Made by a program: the position numbers and the translations under genes. 64,000 bases of DNA from an uncultured Gammaproteobacteria bacterium (GTDB lineage Bacteria; Patescibacteriota; Patescibacteriia; Magasanikbacterales; UBA922): positions 60,674-124,673 of the forward strand of contig CAYYQC010000001.1 in the NCBI GenBank assembly GCA_964473715.1, read 5' to 3'. Positions 27,688 through 37,154 of the stretch are shown piece after piece. A model generated the notes under the pieces. That model saw only the letters and a program-made list of their open reading frames with translations, did not search any database and was not told the origin of the DNA. The stretch's first letter is position 1, and each line of letters begins with the position of its first letter.

Positions 27688-30291
27688 TTATTTCCCCTCA
27701 ATAATATTCGCCAATTCCAACCGAGCCGCTTCCCACACACTTGGATCATCAGACCACGACACAGGACCATTGAGGTAAGTTGGGTCAGCTGGATTTTCTA
27801 CACCTACTTCCCACATGGCTTTTGGTACTAAGCGATTAACAATTTCTTGAGTTTTAGCTGGGTTAACTTTGGCAGCCAAAGTAAGATAATCTACATCCTG
27901 AATACCACGGCGCCAGAATTTAAGACGCAAACTAGCAATTGGGCCAGACACATTATATGACTCAGTTGGGAAAATTTTATCAGTACCTGGATAAAACAGC
28001 ACACCGTCACCATTGGAATAATTCCAACCAGTAAGACCACGAATTGAATCTGGTGTGCCTGCGCCACCAAAGGTCATGGCTTGTTTAAACACATTAGTTT
28101 GACCTGTACCACCTTGTGTATTGTTGTAATAAGTAGATTCCCAATAAAACCAACGACTTACATTTTTCTTATATTGTCCCCACGCAAGTTCACGAAGCGC
28201 CACACCGTCATCATCGGTCATAAACGAACCCTGACCCGGCCGACCACCATTGTACATCATGAATTTTTTGCCAGGTGTATTTTGGTAATAATTCACAGCA
28301 TTTTGCCATATATCTGTTTCACCAAGTGTCATTCCAGAAACCACATAATCAAGACTTGGTGTTTCTACTTGCGCATGCATTGGCCACATGGTTACCATAG
28401 AAGGCACTTTACTACCTGAACCAGGATTATTATTTATCCAACTGGCCCACTGCTCAATTTGTTGATAATCCTGAACTTGAGGCTCATCAATTAAATGCAA
28501 GAAATATTCTGTGCCTGGCGCATTATTCGCAAACCAATCGGCCCAATTATTAGTGTGATTCCACATCGCAGTTTTACCTTCATTTTTCCAACCCCATGAG
28601 CCATATGGACCAATCGCGTAAACACCATTTCCCACACCAACACCAGGACCATCATACCCATTTGCAGCTGAGAAAAGTGTGCCATTTAAACGTGAAATCC
28701 AATCTGGAAATGGAGCATCTTCATTCCAAACTAATTCACTAGTTGGACTTGCATCAATTAAAGAAATTTTGTGCCTGTGAGCAAGTAAAAAATGTTTATC
28801 TCGCAAATCTTTAATTGCCGCCACTTTACCAGCGGGGTATGCTTCGCCCAAATAACGCTCATTCAAATCTTTATAACCCATGTAAAGCATGGTTTTAGAA
28901 TTTGGTTCATCGGGTAAAGCAAAATTTTTCACAGTTAACTGCACAGGAATGGTGCGAGTAATTACACCGTTTTCTTTAATGTTTACTGTGCCATTATAAA
29001 TTCCGGCTGGCGCATTTTTTGGGATATAAATATCTGCCCAAATACTTTGGTTTTTATTTGCTGCAACAGTGAATGTACTGTGGAGTTCAATTGGCACTGC
29101 GATGTCTGGGAAATTTTTATTTGCTGCCGGACGATTTACCCATTGACGGTCAGTAGCACGAAGACGTGCAGGTAGCTGTTGTTCATCATAATTACCGGCC
29201 ATAAAAGCACTGAGCCCTTTGATTTCCAAATATCGAACATAAAATAATTCAATATTTCTATCAGTCCATTGATACAAATCATTGCCAGTGGCTGGCTTAC
29301 CTTTAATGGTAAAATTATTTGGGCCAGTTAAGGTATCAAAAGAAACGGAAACATTTGCGGCCTGTGTATTTTTAGCTTCTAAAATTACATTAAAATTCAC
29401 CACTTCATTTTTGGCACCAAAAATCGAAATAGTATTTCCATTCCAAACTGAATTAGTTACATTCAAATTATTTGAAGCACGCAAATCTTCTTGTACCACT
29501 TTATCCCCGCCTTCATTGGCCCAAACTGCGGAAATGTTTGACCCAGTTGGAACTGGTGGCAATGGAGTTGGGGTTGGGGTTGGAGTTGGTGTCGGAATCG
29601 GAGTAGGTGGCGGCACAGGCACAACCACTGGTTTAGCAGAAATAAAATTAAGATTTTTAGCTAAGTTTTTATTAGCAAATTGGGCAGTGACTCGCACGTA
29701 CACTTTTTTATTATTTTGCGGTAAATTATTAATTGTCACTGAAGTATTTTTTGTAGAATATGAACCATAATCAGATTTGCCAGAACCACTACCAACAATG
29801 ACCAAATAATTATCAGCACTTTGATTGGTCCAAGTAAGCAGAGTGGTTGCGCCCGCCACTTTTTGACCAGCAATAGGCGAAATAAAAGTAACGGCCTTTG
29901 GTTTTATTACTGGTAAAGGTACTGGAACTGGAGTCGGCGCTGGAGTGATTGGTACAGTGGTAGCATTCAACACAAAATCTTGCGCCGGACCACCGGCAAA
30001 CACCCGAATATTAATTTTCGAAACAGCGGGTAAATTATCAACACGAAAGGTGGTACAAGGCGCGGAATTAAACCATTGGTAATTAGGTGATCCAACCGAA
30101 GAACCAACGGCCACTTCACAAGCGGTTCCAGTGGGTGCAGCCAAATTAATCATCGCTGTGCCATTTGCCAAAGTACTCGAGGATAACAAAGCCACATCAA
30201 CAGCTTGAACTGGAGTTACTATAAAAGGTGAGATTAGCAGGGCAAAAATTCCAATTAAGCTGAACGTAAAACGATTGAAGCGAGAAAGCAT
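27688..30291 (-). CDS. large secreted protein (867 aa) with Pro/Thr-rich linkers; possibly carbohydrate-active
   Basis: Signal peptide ...FIVTPVQA. PTPIPTPTPTPTPTPLPPVPT linker. W/Y/N-rich C-terminal catalytic-like domain. Confidence 0.7.
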   Translation of the reverse strand: MLSRFNRFTFSLIGIFALLISPFIVTPVQAVDVALLSSSTLANGTAMINLAAPTGTACEVAVGSSVGSPNYQWFNSAPCTTFRVDNLPAVSKINIRVFAGGPAQDFVLNATTVPITPAPTPVPVPLPVIKPKAVTFISPIAGQKVAGATTLLTWTNQSADNYLVIVGSGSGKSDYGSYSTKNTSVTINNLPQNNKKVYVRVTAQFANKNLAKNLNFISAKPVVVPVPPPTPIPTPTPTPTPTPLPPVPTGSNISAVWANEGGDKVVQEDLRASNNLNVTNSVWNGNTISIFGAKNEVVNFNVILEAKNTQAANVSVSFDTLTGPNNFTIKGKPATGNDLYQWTDRNIELFYVRYLEIKGLSAFMAGNYDEQQLPARLRATDRQWVNRPAANKNFPDIAVPIELHSTFTVAANKNQSIWADIYIPKNAPAGIYNGTVNIKENGVITRTIPVQLTVKNFALPDEPNSKTMLYMGYKDLNERYLGEAYPAGKVAAIKDLRDKHFLLAHRHKISLIDASPTSELVWNEDAPFPDWISRLNGTLFSAANGYDGPGVGVGNGVYAIGPYGSWGWKNEGKTAMWNHTNNWADWFANNAPGTEYFLHLIDEPQVQDYQQIEQWASWINNNPGSGSKVPSMVTMWPMHAQVETPSLDYVVSGMTLGETDIWQNAVNYYQNTPGKKFMMYNGGRPGQGSFMTDDDGVALRELAWGQYKKNVSRWFYWESTYYNNTQGGTGQTNVFKQAMTFGGAGTPDSIRGLTGWNYSNGDGVLFYPGTDKIFPTESYNVSGPIASLRLKFWRRGIQDVDYLTLAAKVNPAKTQEIVNRLVPKAMWEVGVENPADPTYLNGPVSWSDDPSVWEAARLELANIIEGK

Positions 30292-30380
30292 AAAATATTT
30301 TTAACATTATAAAACATGCAAGTGAAATGTCTCTGAATTGATAGTTAATATATCCTAATTATGATTTTTTAGCAAAACTA

Positions 30381-30409
30381 AAAGACACCACTTTTGGTGA
30401 TGTCTTTTA
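30381..30409. terminator. bidirectional terminator hairpin in native low-GC sequence at the left edge of the second high-GC islet
   Basis: aaagacacca-cttt-tggtgatgtcttt with flanking A-run and T-run. Confidence 0.55.
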
Positions 30410-30525
30410 GTTCGGGAGCAATGGGTATGCTCCGTCCCCCTCTGTAAGATGTTGGTTTAAGTGATAGAACTTTGAGCCCATCGACCGAAGTCGTTCAAAG
30501 TTCTAGAGTTTTTTCGCTCATGGTC

Positions 30526-31173
30526 CTACTCGCTCGGATTGATCTCCTGAACGTGGAGGATCTGAAAGGGTAACCAGTGCCCAACCTGCATTCCAGTGAA
30601 GGAATACTTCTGTAGGGTGAGGACAAACTGGCCCCCATTGTCCGGAATGAGCGAAGTCAGACGCAAGACATTCTCCTCGCCCACCTCCACATATGACTCC
30701 CTGGTGTCGTCGATTGGCCCGCCCATGGATACCTCGATTTGGGCGTGGTCGAAGGCCGGAACCAATAGCTCACCAGCGAAGGTGAACTCAGCGACCCGTT
30801 CAGTGGTGCCGGGATTCAGCCACTTCCACTTGAACCCGTTGGCCAGGTTCATGCGGATCGTACATGAGTCAGGACAGAACACGGTGACATCACCGTGAAT
30901 TGAGAATGGGTCGAACCAGTCGACCTCCTTCTCGACCGCCTCAGTGATGCCGTCGTGGTCGTTGTCGACCCCATCCGCCGGGGTGGCAGGCTCGTGTTCC
31001 TGGGGCGGACATGGCTCGTCGCTGTTGCCAGCGGCGAAGGCCGCGGCGGCGGCCGCGATGAGTTCCGGCGGCAGCGGGACCTTCACTTCCGGCACCGGAA
31101 CCTTAATGTCCGGGGTGCAGGCGGCGACGAAGAGGGTGAAGAGGGCGATGATGAAGTTGATGGAAACGCGCAT
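30526..31173 (-). CDS. high-GC lipoprotein (probable start MRVSINFIIALFTLFVAAC)
   Basis: Lipobox VAAC. PVPEVKVPLPPE linker. GC-rich codon usage unlike its neighbours. Confidence 0.55.
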   Translation of the reverse strand: MRVSINFIIALFTLFVAACTPDIKVPVPEVKVPLPPELIAAAAAAFAAGNSDEPCPPQEHEPATPADGVDNDHDGITEAVEKEVDWFDPFSIHGDVTVFCPDSCTIRMNLANGFKWKWLNPGTTERVAEFTFAGELLVPAFDHAQIEVSMGGPIDDTRESYVEVGEENVLRLTSLIPDNGGQFVLTLQKYSFTGMQVGHWLPFQILHVQEINPSE

Positions 31174-31275
31174 TGTCTTTGCTCCGTCTGAGAAATGATT
31201 CCGGGAAACTCCCCGGCGAGTACTAAACCAACATTGTAAAGAACTGACTTTTTTTAGCAACGAACGAATATAACA

Positions 31276-31318
31276 CAAAAAAGAGCCTTTGTCAAGGCTC
31301 TTTCCTATTTTTTTGGCT
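31276..31318. terminator. bidirectional terminator hairpin at the right edge of the high-GC islet
   Basis: AAAAA-agagcctt-tgtca-aggctct-TT...TTTTTTT. Confidence 0.6.
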
Positions 31319-31350
31319 TAAGTTAGCCAAATTAATGTTAAAATTTAGGA

Positions 31351-31593
31351 TTAGCGAGTACCCGTGCGCATGCCAATGCGACCTTTATTTCCTAATCCGC
31401 CACCCTTACCACGTCCCATGATTGGACCGCGAGATAACTGACCAGGACGACGCAAAGGAAAAGCTGGAGCAACTTTTTTCACCAACTTTTGTAGGTCTTC
31501 ATTTGTCGGGCTATTATTACTATCATCTACTATAGGATTATTTACATTACTGTCGTCGGCGGCGATATTATTATTAGAATTATTGATATCCAT
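31351..31593 (-). CDS. small protein with an Asn/Asp-rich N-terminus and a Gly/Arg/Lys-rich C-terminus (80 aa)
   Basis: ORF only; low complexity. Confidence 0.35.
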   Translation of the reverse strand: MDINNSNNNIAADDSNVNNPIVDDSNNSPTNEDLQKLVKKVAPAFPLRRPGQLSRGPIMGRGKGGGLGNKGRIGMRTGTR

Positions 31594-31612
31594 ACATTTT
31601 AATTAAATGTAA

Positions 31613-31891
31613 TTAAGCGACTTTTTTGATTTTTGGTTTCTTATTTTTTACAACTCTTTTCTTCCTTACAATTGCTTTACTTTTTGTAGCAGTATTTTCT
31701 TGGGTAACCACACTGTCTTTAAAAAATCGCATGATAGATTTTTTATTTCTCGTTCCACCACGTGGTGGCTGACTCCGCGGCACTCCACCCTGACTTCTGG
31801 TGACATTTCCCTTAAGATCTTTCTTAAAGAAATAATTGATTTTCACCTTATTAATTGGATCCATATTATATACTTTGAATTGATTTAACAA
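31613..31891 (-). CDS. small basic protein with a KKPKIKK-type tail (92 aa)
   Basis: ORF only; Lys-rich C-terminus. Confidence 0.4.
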   Translation of the reverse strand: MLNQFKVYNMDPINKVKINYFFKKDLKGNVTRSQGGVPRSQPPRGGTRNKKSIMRFFKDSVVTQENTATKSKAIVRKKRVVKNKKPKIKKVA

Positions 31892-34529
31892 TACCCATGA
31901 TTACCTCTGAATCAGATGTGGTTTGAATTTTTAAAATTTTATTTTTTCCTAATTCGATTTCATATACATACAAAGGAATCAAATCAGTAACCGTTGTTTC
32001 ATCCTCGTCAACTGGAAAAGAAAATAATTTTCCTTGCAAACCACTATTAGTCATAAAATCAGTCGAACTGGTAGTGCCAAATTTATTGAGCGCAGAAAAT
32101 TTCAGTGTTTGTCCGTCAGTTTTATTTGATAACACAAAACTATCAGGTGAAAAAGTAGCTTCATACCGACGCGGATGCTCAACTTTAAAATCTGCAAAAC
32201 CAGAAACAGTAGCCGTAGTTTTTTCATTCAAAGATTTTTCCTTTTCTTCAGCCAGTGCAGTCATAATTTCCGCGCGAATTTGAGCTGGTGTCATTTGCGG
32301 CGCAGTCATAGCCTGATCCTGTCTGCCACAACCCGCACCTACCATAATAATAAAAGCACCCAAACAAGCCACCCCAGCCATACTACTAAGAAATTGCGGA
32401 CTAGTTCCACCAAAACCAACTGAACGTTCTGCTTCCCAAGCTGCGGTGCGGACCACAGATTCTTCTTCTTGAGTAACAACCAATGTTTTAATTCCACTTT
32501 TAACAGCTGACCACACGAGACGTGGTTGCGTAGCTAATAAAGTTCCAGACAAAGCCACTCGTGTGCGTTCTTTTCGTGCAGCTTTGGCAATGGCAGACAA
32601 TGCATGTTCCACGGTTTTTTGATGCGTAGGCGTAATCGTAGTGCTTCGAGTACCGGTGGTGCTTTTAACCAAAGAATCAATATTAAAAACCAATTCATCT
32701 AAATGTTTGGCAAGTGCAGAAGTTAAAATGGCATGACCTGGCAAATCAGTAGCTAAACTAAAACGCCAACCTTTTTCACGGGTCAACCCATGCTTGCCTA
32801 GCACAGCAATCATTTCTTCTAATTCTACCGATGAACGACAATATGGCAACTGAATATCAATTCCTGTAAAACCAAATCGTTCACGGGCTTGGATAAGCGC
32901 GGCACATTCAGCGGCTAAAACTGGTTCATACTGTTTGGCCAAATATCGTTCTGCGCCGCGTGCATTTGATCTGAGGCGCAATGAATTTTCAGCCTGTTTA
33001 CCACCTGGCCAATGTGTGAAAACGCGTGGCAAACTATTGCTAAAAGCCACAGTTAAACGCGCAGGATATTGTTCAGCCACAGCCAAAGCTAAAGCCTGAC
33101 CCAATAATTCTGTATATACTTTTCCATTATTTTTCTTTTTTGAAAAATAATCTAATGGATGACGTGCCTGACTTTGACCAATTAATTCATCAATGGTCAC
33201 TGACGCGCGAGTAGGACGGACTTCTGTTTTAATATTATGTTTAACCTGGATAAGAGGTTTAACTTCATAGGGCAAAGCACCACTATACACTGCACCTTCA
33301 GGCAAAGTAGTGACTGCCATAGTTACCATGGTTCCAGAGCGAAATTTTTTAGTCGCATTTTTTACTCCAGCAATAATTGGTACTAAAATATGTCGCGTTT
33401 TAGCAGAAATGCGCGCCGTATCAGGATCTTCTTCTAAAATAAAACCAGCAGCTTCCATAGCCGCAGCCTGAGAAATAGTGCTTAAATTTTTTGTAACAAT
33501 AATATTACCTGAATGAGAGATTTTAAGCGCTTGACCAGGTCGTTCCACTAACACCGATCCCACAGCAATACCTTGACCAAAAAATTCTCCTGAACCTAAA
33601 ACAGAACTAGTTCCACTAAGCATATATTCGTACAAAGATTCTTTGTCTTTGGCTTGATCAATTTCTAAATGCGTAATGGTTAGCGCGGTTTGAGTGTGAT
33701 TAAAAATTCCTGAGACCTGAATTGAACGTCCAATCTTTTGTTCCAAAGCCATAATTGGCGCGAGCATTGTGCGCAAAACTTCTTCAGAAATAATTGGATT
33801 ATTCCAATGATTAATTATGATTGCTTTTTTAGTTCCAAAAGCTGGTTTAAAAATAGTGTAATCATATGACTCGCCTTTGATCAAAATATTTAATTCTGCA
33901 ATTGACGAATTGTGATATCCAGGGTGAACAGTGCGCACAGTTAACACTGGGTCTGTATTTTTTAATTCTTCTACTTGTGTAGCCACAATGGTTAACGGTA
34001 GATGGTGTTGAGACCAACCTCGTTGCAAACGCTGACGAATAAAGCGTTCACTATAAACAGCGGACAAACCTTGTTTAATTACTTTACTTAAATCATCAGA
34101 ACCATTGGTACGCAATTTTGGAAGCCAATCACTAGAGCCAATTTCTGAATTTCCTAAATACACGGTCACTTCGGCGGCTTTATTTTTTTTCTTCAATTGC
34201 CACGAATCAGGTACATTTTGCCGTGAAATTAAACGTTGAATTGTTTGTGCCGCACTCGTAATTGCACGTGGATGATGCAGACTAAGTGGGGTAATAATTT
34301 TTTTAATCTTTTTATCTAAATTATTATTAGTCCAAAAATCTTGCACCAGTGTAGAAGAGATAACTAAACCTTGAGCACAAAGTGGGCTAACCAAATTACC
34401 AAGCTCTTTAACATTGTACGGAAGAGTTTTTTGAATTGAAGAATCAAGAGTAGAAATTTCTGAAATGGAAAAAATCTTCGTTTTGACCGAATCAGCAGAT
34501 TCTAATTTTTTAGGCGCAAAAAATTTCAT
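31866..34529 (-). CDS. PEP-utilising-enzyme (PEP synthase / pyruvate phosphate dikinase / rifampin-phosphotransferase-like) homolog with an unusual C-terminal extension
   Basis: Central mobile-domain-like segment IIVTKNLSTISQAAAMEAAGFILEE. C-terminal TIM-barrel-like FSLATDLPGHAILTSALAKHLDELVFNIDSL. Adjacent to pyk. Confidence 0.6.
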   Translation of the reverse strand: MKFFAPKKLESADSVKTKIFSISEISTLDSSIQKTLPYNVKELGNLVSPLCAQGLVISSTLVQDFWTNNNLDKKIKKIITPLSLHHPRAITSAAQTIQRLISRQNVPDSWQLKKKNKAAEVTVYLGNSEIGSSDWLPKLRTNGSDDLSKVIKQGLSAVYSERFIRQRLQRGWSQHHLPLTIVATQVEELKNTDPVLTVRTVHPGYHNSSIAELNILIKGESYDYTIFKPAFGTKKAIIINHWNNPIISEEVLRTMLAPIMALEQKIGRSIQVSGIFNHTQTALTITHLEIDQAKDKESLYEYMLSGTSSVLGSGEFFGQGIAVGSVLVERPGQALKISHSGNIIVTKNLSTISQAAAMEAAGFILEEDPDTARISAKTRHILVPIIAGVKNATKKFRSGTMVTMAVTTLPEGAVYSGALPYEVKPLIQVKHNIKTEVRPTRASVTIDELIGQSQARHPLDYFSKKKNNGKVYTELLGQALALAVAEQYPARLTVAFSNSLPRVFTHWPGGKQAENSLRLRSNARGAERYLAKQYEPVLAAECAALIQARERFGFTGIDIQLPYCRSSVELEEMIAVLGKHGLTREKGWRFSLATDLPGHAILTSALAKHLDELVFNIDSLVKSTTGTRSTTITPTHQKTVEHALSAIAKAARKERTRVALSGTLLATQPRLVWSAVKSGIKTLVVTQEEESVVRTAAWEAERSVGFGGTSPQFLSSMAGVACLGAFIIMVGAGCGRQDQAMTAPQMTPAQIRAEIMTALAEEKEKSLNEKTTATVSGFADFKVEHPRRYEATFSPDSFVLSNKTDGQTLKFSALNKFGTTSSTDFMTNSGLQGKLFSFPVDEDETTVTDLIPLYVYEIELGKNKILKIQTTSDSEVIMGIVKSIQSI

Positions 34530-34536
34530 GGATATA

Positions 34537-35931
34537 TTATACTGCTTTTATTTCCACAATGGAAATTTGTTGGTCATGCCCCAAAGCCACCACTGCCTGG
34601 TCCCCTGCTTTGGCCATATTTGTAGACAAAACGTATTCACGGGCCAGGGCCACCACAGTCTCTTCTGAGGCAGTGGAACCAAGCACAGGATATACTCCTG
34701 AAACCAGCGAAAGCTGACGAGCCACACGATCATTCTCTGTCACCACTACAATTGGCACTTGCGGGCGGAAATGACTAATGTGACGAGCTATCTCGCCATC
34801 ATGTGTGGCGGTGATAATAATGATGGCCCCGGTTTCTTCAGCCGCGTGCCCAACTTCCGCCGCCAAACTATCAGTATTTTGGCGAGGATCAGGTGGAGTG
34901 AGGTCATCAAACGGTGAATTTTCTGTGTCAGTGATAATTTCCGCCATCATAGCCACGGTTTCTAAAGGAAATTGACCAGTGGCAGTCTCATTGGAGAGCA
35001 TGACACAATCTGTTTCATCAATAACTGCATTGGCCACATCTGAAACCTCGGCACGTGTGGGCTGTGGACTGTTTTGCATGGAATCCAACATTTGCGTGGC
35101 CACGATCACGGGTTTTTGTGCCAAAAGCGCGGCTGCAATTAATTGCTTTTGTAAAACTGGAACATTAGCTGCAGAAGTTTCAATACCTAAATCTCCACGT
35201 GCCACCATAACTACATCTACCGCTTCAACAATGGCCTGCATGTTTGTAATAGCTTCAGGTCTTTCCATTTTCGCAATAATTTTGGTAGGAAATTCCACCT
35301 TACCCTCATGCGTAGAAATAATTTCACGGAGCTCTTGCACATCTTCTGGTTTACGCACAAATGATAAGGCAATGTAATCTACATTTTGTTTTAAACCAAA
35401 TTCAGCATCAGCACGGTCTTTTGGCGTGAGAGAACTACTTGCTATAGTCGAGTCTGGAACATTAATACCTTTATGTGAAGATAATAAACCACCATGTAAA
35501 ACCTGAGCCGTAATATGTGTGCCATTTATTTCCAAAATTTTTGTACTTACACGTCCATCATTTAATAACAAACGGTCTCCAGTCTTAACTGATTTATGTA
35601 ATTCTTTAAAATCCACAGGGAAAACTCCATCGGCATATTCATCACGGCCAGTATCAAAAATTACTTCCTCGTTATCTTTAATCTCCACACCAACTTCAGG
35701 TAATTTTCCTAAACGAATTTTTGGACCTTGCAAATCTTGAATAATGGCCACATGTTTATTTAGTTTTGTTGCAGCAGCGCGAACCATTTGCATGAGAGCT
35801 GCATGGTCATCATAACTTCCATGGGAAAAATTTAAACGCACTGCATCCATGCCTTTTTGCATGAGCTCACTAATAACCGCTTCAGTATGCGTAGCTGGAC
35901 CAAGAGTCGCAATGATTTTTGTGCGTTTCAT
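34537..35931 (-). CDS. pyk: pyruvate kinase
   Basis: MKRTKIIATLGPATHTEAVISELMQKGMDAVRLNFSHGS... is the canonical PK N-terminus. Confidence 0.9.
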   Translation of the reverse strand: MKRTKIIATLGPATHTEAVISELMQKGMDAVRLNFSHGSYDDHAALMQMVRAAATKLNKHVAIIQDLQGPKIRLGKLPEVGVEIKDNEEVIFDTGRDEYADGVFPVDFKELHKSVKTGDRLLLNDGRVSTKILEINGTHITAQVLHGGLLSSHKGINVPDSTIASSSLTPKDRADAEFGLKQNVDYIALSFVRKPEDVQELREIISTHEGKVEFPTKIIAKMERPEAITNMQAIVEAVDVVMVARGDLGIETSAANVPVLQKQLIAAALLAQKPVIVATQMLDSMQNSPQPTRAEVSDVANAVIDETDCVMLSNETATGQFPLETVAMMAEIITDTENSPFDDLTPPDPRQNTDSLAAEVGHAAEETGAIIIITATHDGEIARHISHFRPQVPIVVVTENDRVARQLSLVSGVYPVLGSTASEETVVALAREYVLSTNMAKAGDQAVVALGHDQQISIVEIKAV

Positions 35932-36236
35932 ACTATATTTGGGACTACTAAATACTCACTTAAATTTATTCTATTATTATTTATCACAACACCTTCGCTC
36001 TGTAATAAGGTAACCTTTTGATTGATTCCACCCACATATTCACCAATATCCCCATTACTTTTTACCACACGGTGGCAAGGCAAAATCACCAATTGCACAT
36101 TTTGACGCATAACACTACCCACAGCCCGAAAGGCTTTTGGTTTACCCGCGGCCCTAGCCAATAACTGATAGGTTGTGACTTTTCCTCTTGGCACGGTCTG
36201 CAATGCCTGCCACACTTTATCACTAAATACTGACAT
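35928..36236 (-). CDS. ogt: methylated-DNA-protein-cysteine methyltransferase (short, C-terminal-domain-only type)
   Basis: Active-site PCHRVV motif and the helix-turn-helix VTTYQLLARAAGKPKAFRAVG. Confidence 0.8.
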   Translation of the reverse strand: MSVFSDKVWQALQTVPRGKVTTYQLLARAAGKPKAFRAVGSVMRQNVQLVILPCHRVVKSNGDIGEYVGGINQKVTLLQSEGVVINNNRINLSEYLVVPNIV

Positions 36237-36248
36237 ATTTCATTTGAC

Positions 36249-36596
36249 CTACGGCAAATATCGGTTTACCTTATTAAGGTTATTTTCCAATTGAATGCGA
36301 GGAGTTTCAATATTATCAACATACCATTGCTTAGCTTGTCGGTAATATGGAGGTAAAAAAAATGCGGCAGCAACAAATGGCGCCAGGAGTAACATTATTT
36401 TAATCAAGCCCCAAATTTGTCCAACAAACAAACGACGACGAATCTTTTTGACATCTTTATAAATAATTTCAGACCACTGCATGTTTTGGCGAATCAAAAT
36501 CTCTAATTCATCTAATCGGTCTTCAACTTTTTTTCCAGTATTTTGGCCAAGTTTTTTGGGAGCTTCCAATGGTTGTTCAGGTGGCAAAACAGTCAT
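36249..36596 (-). CDS. hypothetical single-TM protein. The start is probably the internal Met; the ORF-track start at 36656 overlaps nrdR.
   Basis: TM segment IWGLIKIMLLLAPFVAAAFF. Confidence 0.45.
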   Translation of the reverse strand: MTVLPPEQPLEAPKKLGQNTGKKVEDRLDELEILIRQNMQWSEIIYKDVKKIRRRLFVGQIWGLIKIMLLLAPFVAAAFFLPPYYRQAKQWYVDNIETPRIQLENNLNKVNRYLP

Positions 36597-36600
36597 ATAA

Positions 36601-37080
36601 TTATTTAGTACGACGAGATTTAGAATGCGCATCTTTTTCCAAAGACGATACTTCACTTTGAAAACCTTTTACATCCGTAAACGCTCGATAAATAGAAGCA
36701 AAACGAATGTACGCGACTTTATCAAATTTTCGTAAATGACGCATCACCATTTCACCCAAATCTTTACTGGTCACTTCGCGTTGTTTCTTTTTTTGGATAT
36801 CACTTTCAATGGCATGGATGAGCTGGTCAAACTGGTCTTCAGTTACTGGACGTTTAGTAAGAGCCTGTTGAATTCCTTTTTCTAATTTGTTTCGTGAATA
36901 TGCTTCACGTCTACCATTATTTTTTACCACCACAATATCTAATAATTCCATTTCTTCAATAGTGGAAAATCGATACGCGCATTTAGTACATTCGCGGCGA
37001 CGGCGAATAGACGCACTATCTGAAGTGAGGCGCGAATCGACCACTTTGGTTTCATCATTGCGGCAAATAGGACATTTCAT
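36601..37080 (-). CDS. nrdR: transcriptional repressor NrdR
   Basis: Zn-ribbon MKCPICRNDETKVVDSR...CTKCAYRF followed by an ATP-cone domain. Confidence 0.9.
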   Translation of the reverse strand: MKCPICRNDETKVVDSRLTSDSASIRRRRECTKCAYRFSTIEEMELLDIVVVKNNGRREAYSRNKLEKGIQQALTKRPVTEDQFDQLIHAIESDIQKKKQREVTSKDLGEMVMRHLRKFDKVAYIRFASIYRAFTDVKGFQSEVSSLEKDAHSKSRRTK

Positions 37081-37154
37081 ACGGGTAAATTATACCATTT
37101 GGTCCTTATGAAAACAATAAAACCCTCTAGCGAAGGTTTTATGTAAAAGTCTAA

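Noticed and set aside
29540-29640. Short periodic DNA repeat (ggagttggggttggggttggagttggtgtcgg...)
   Set aside because: It encodes the Pro/Thr linker (PTPTPTPTP) of the 867-aa secreted protein; not a CRISPR array or non-coding satellite.
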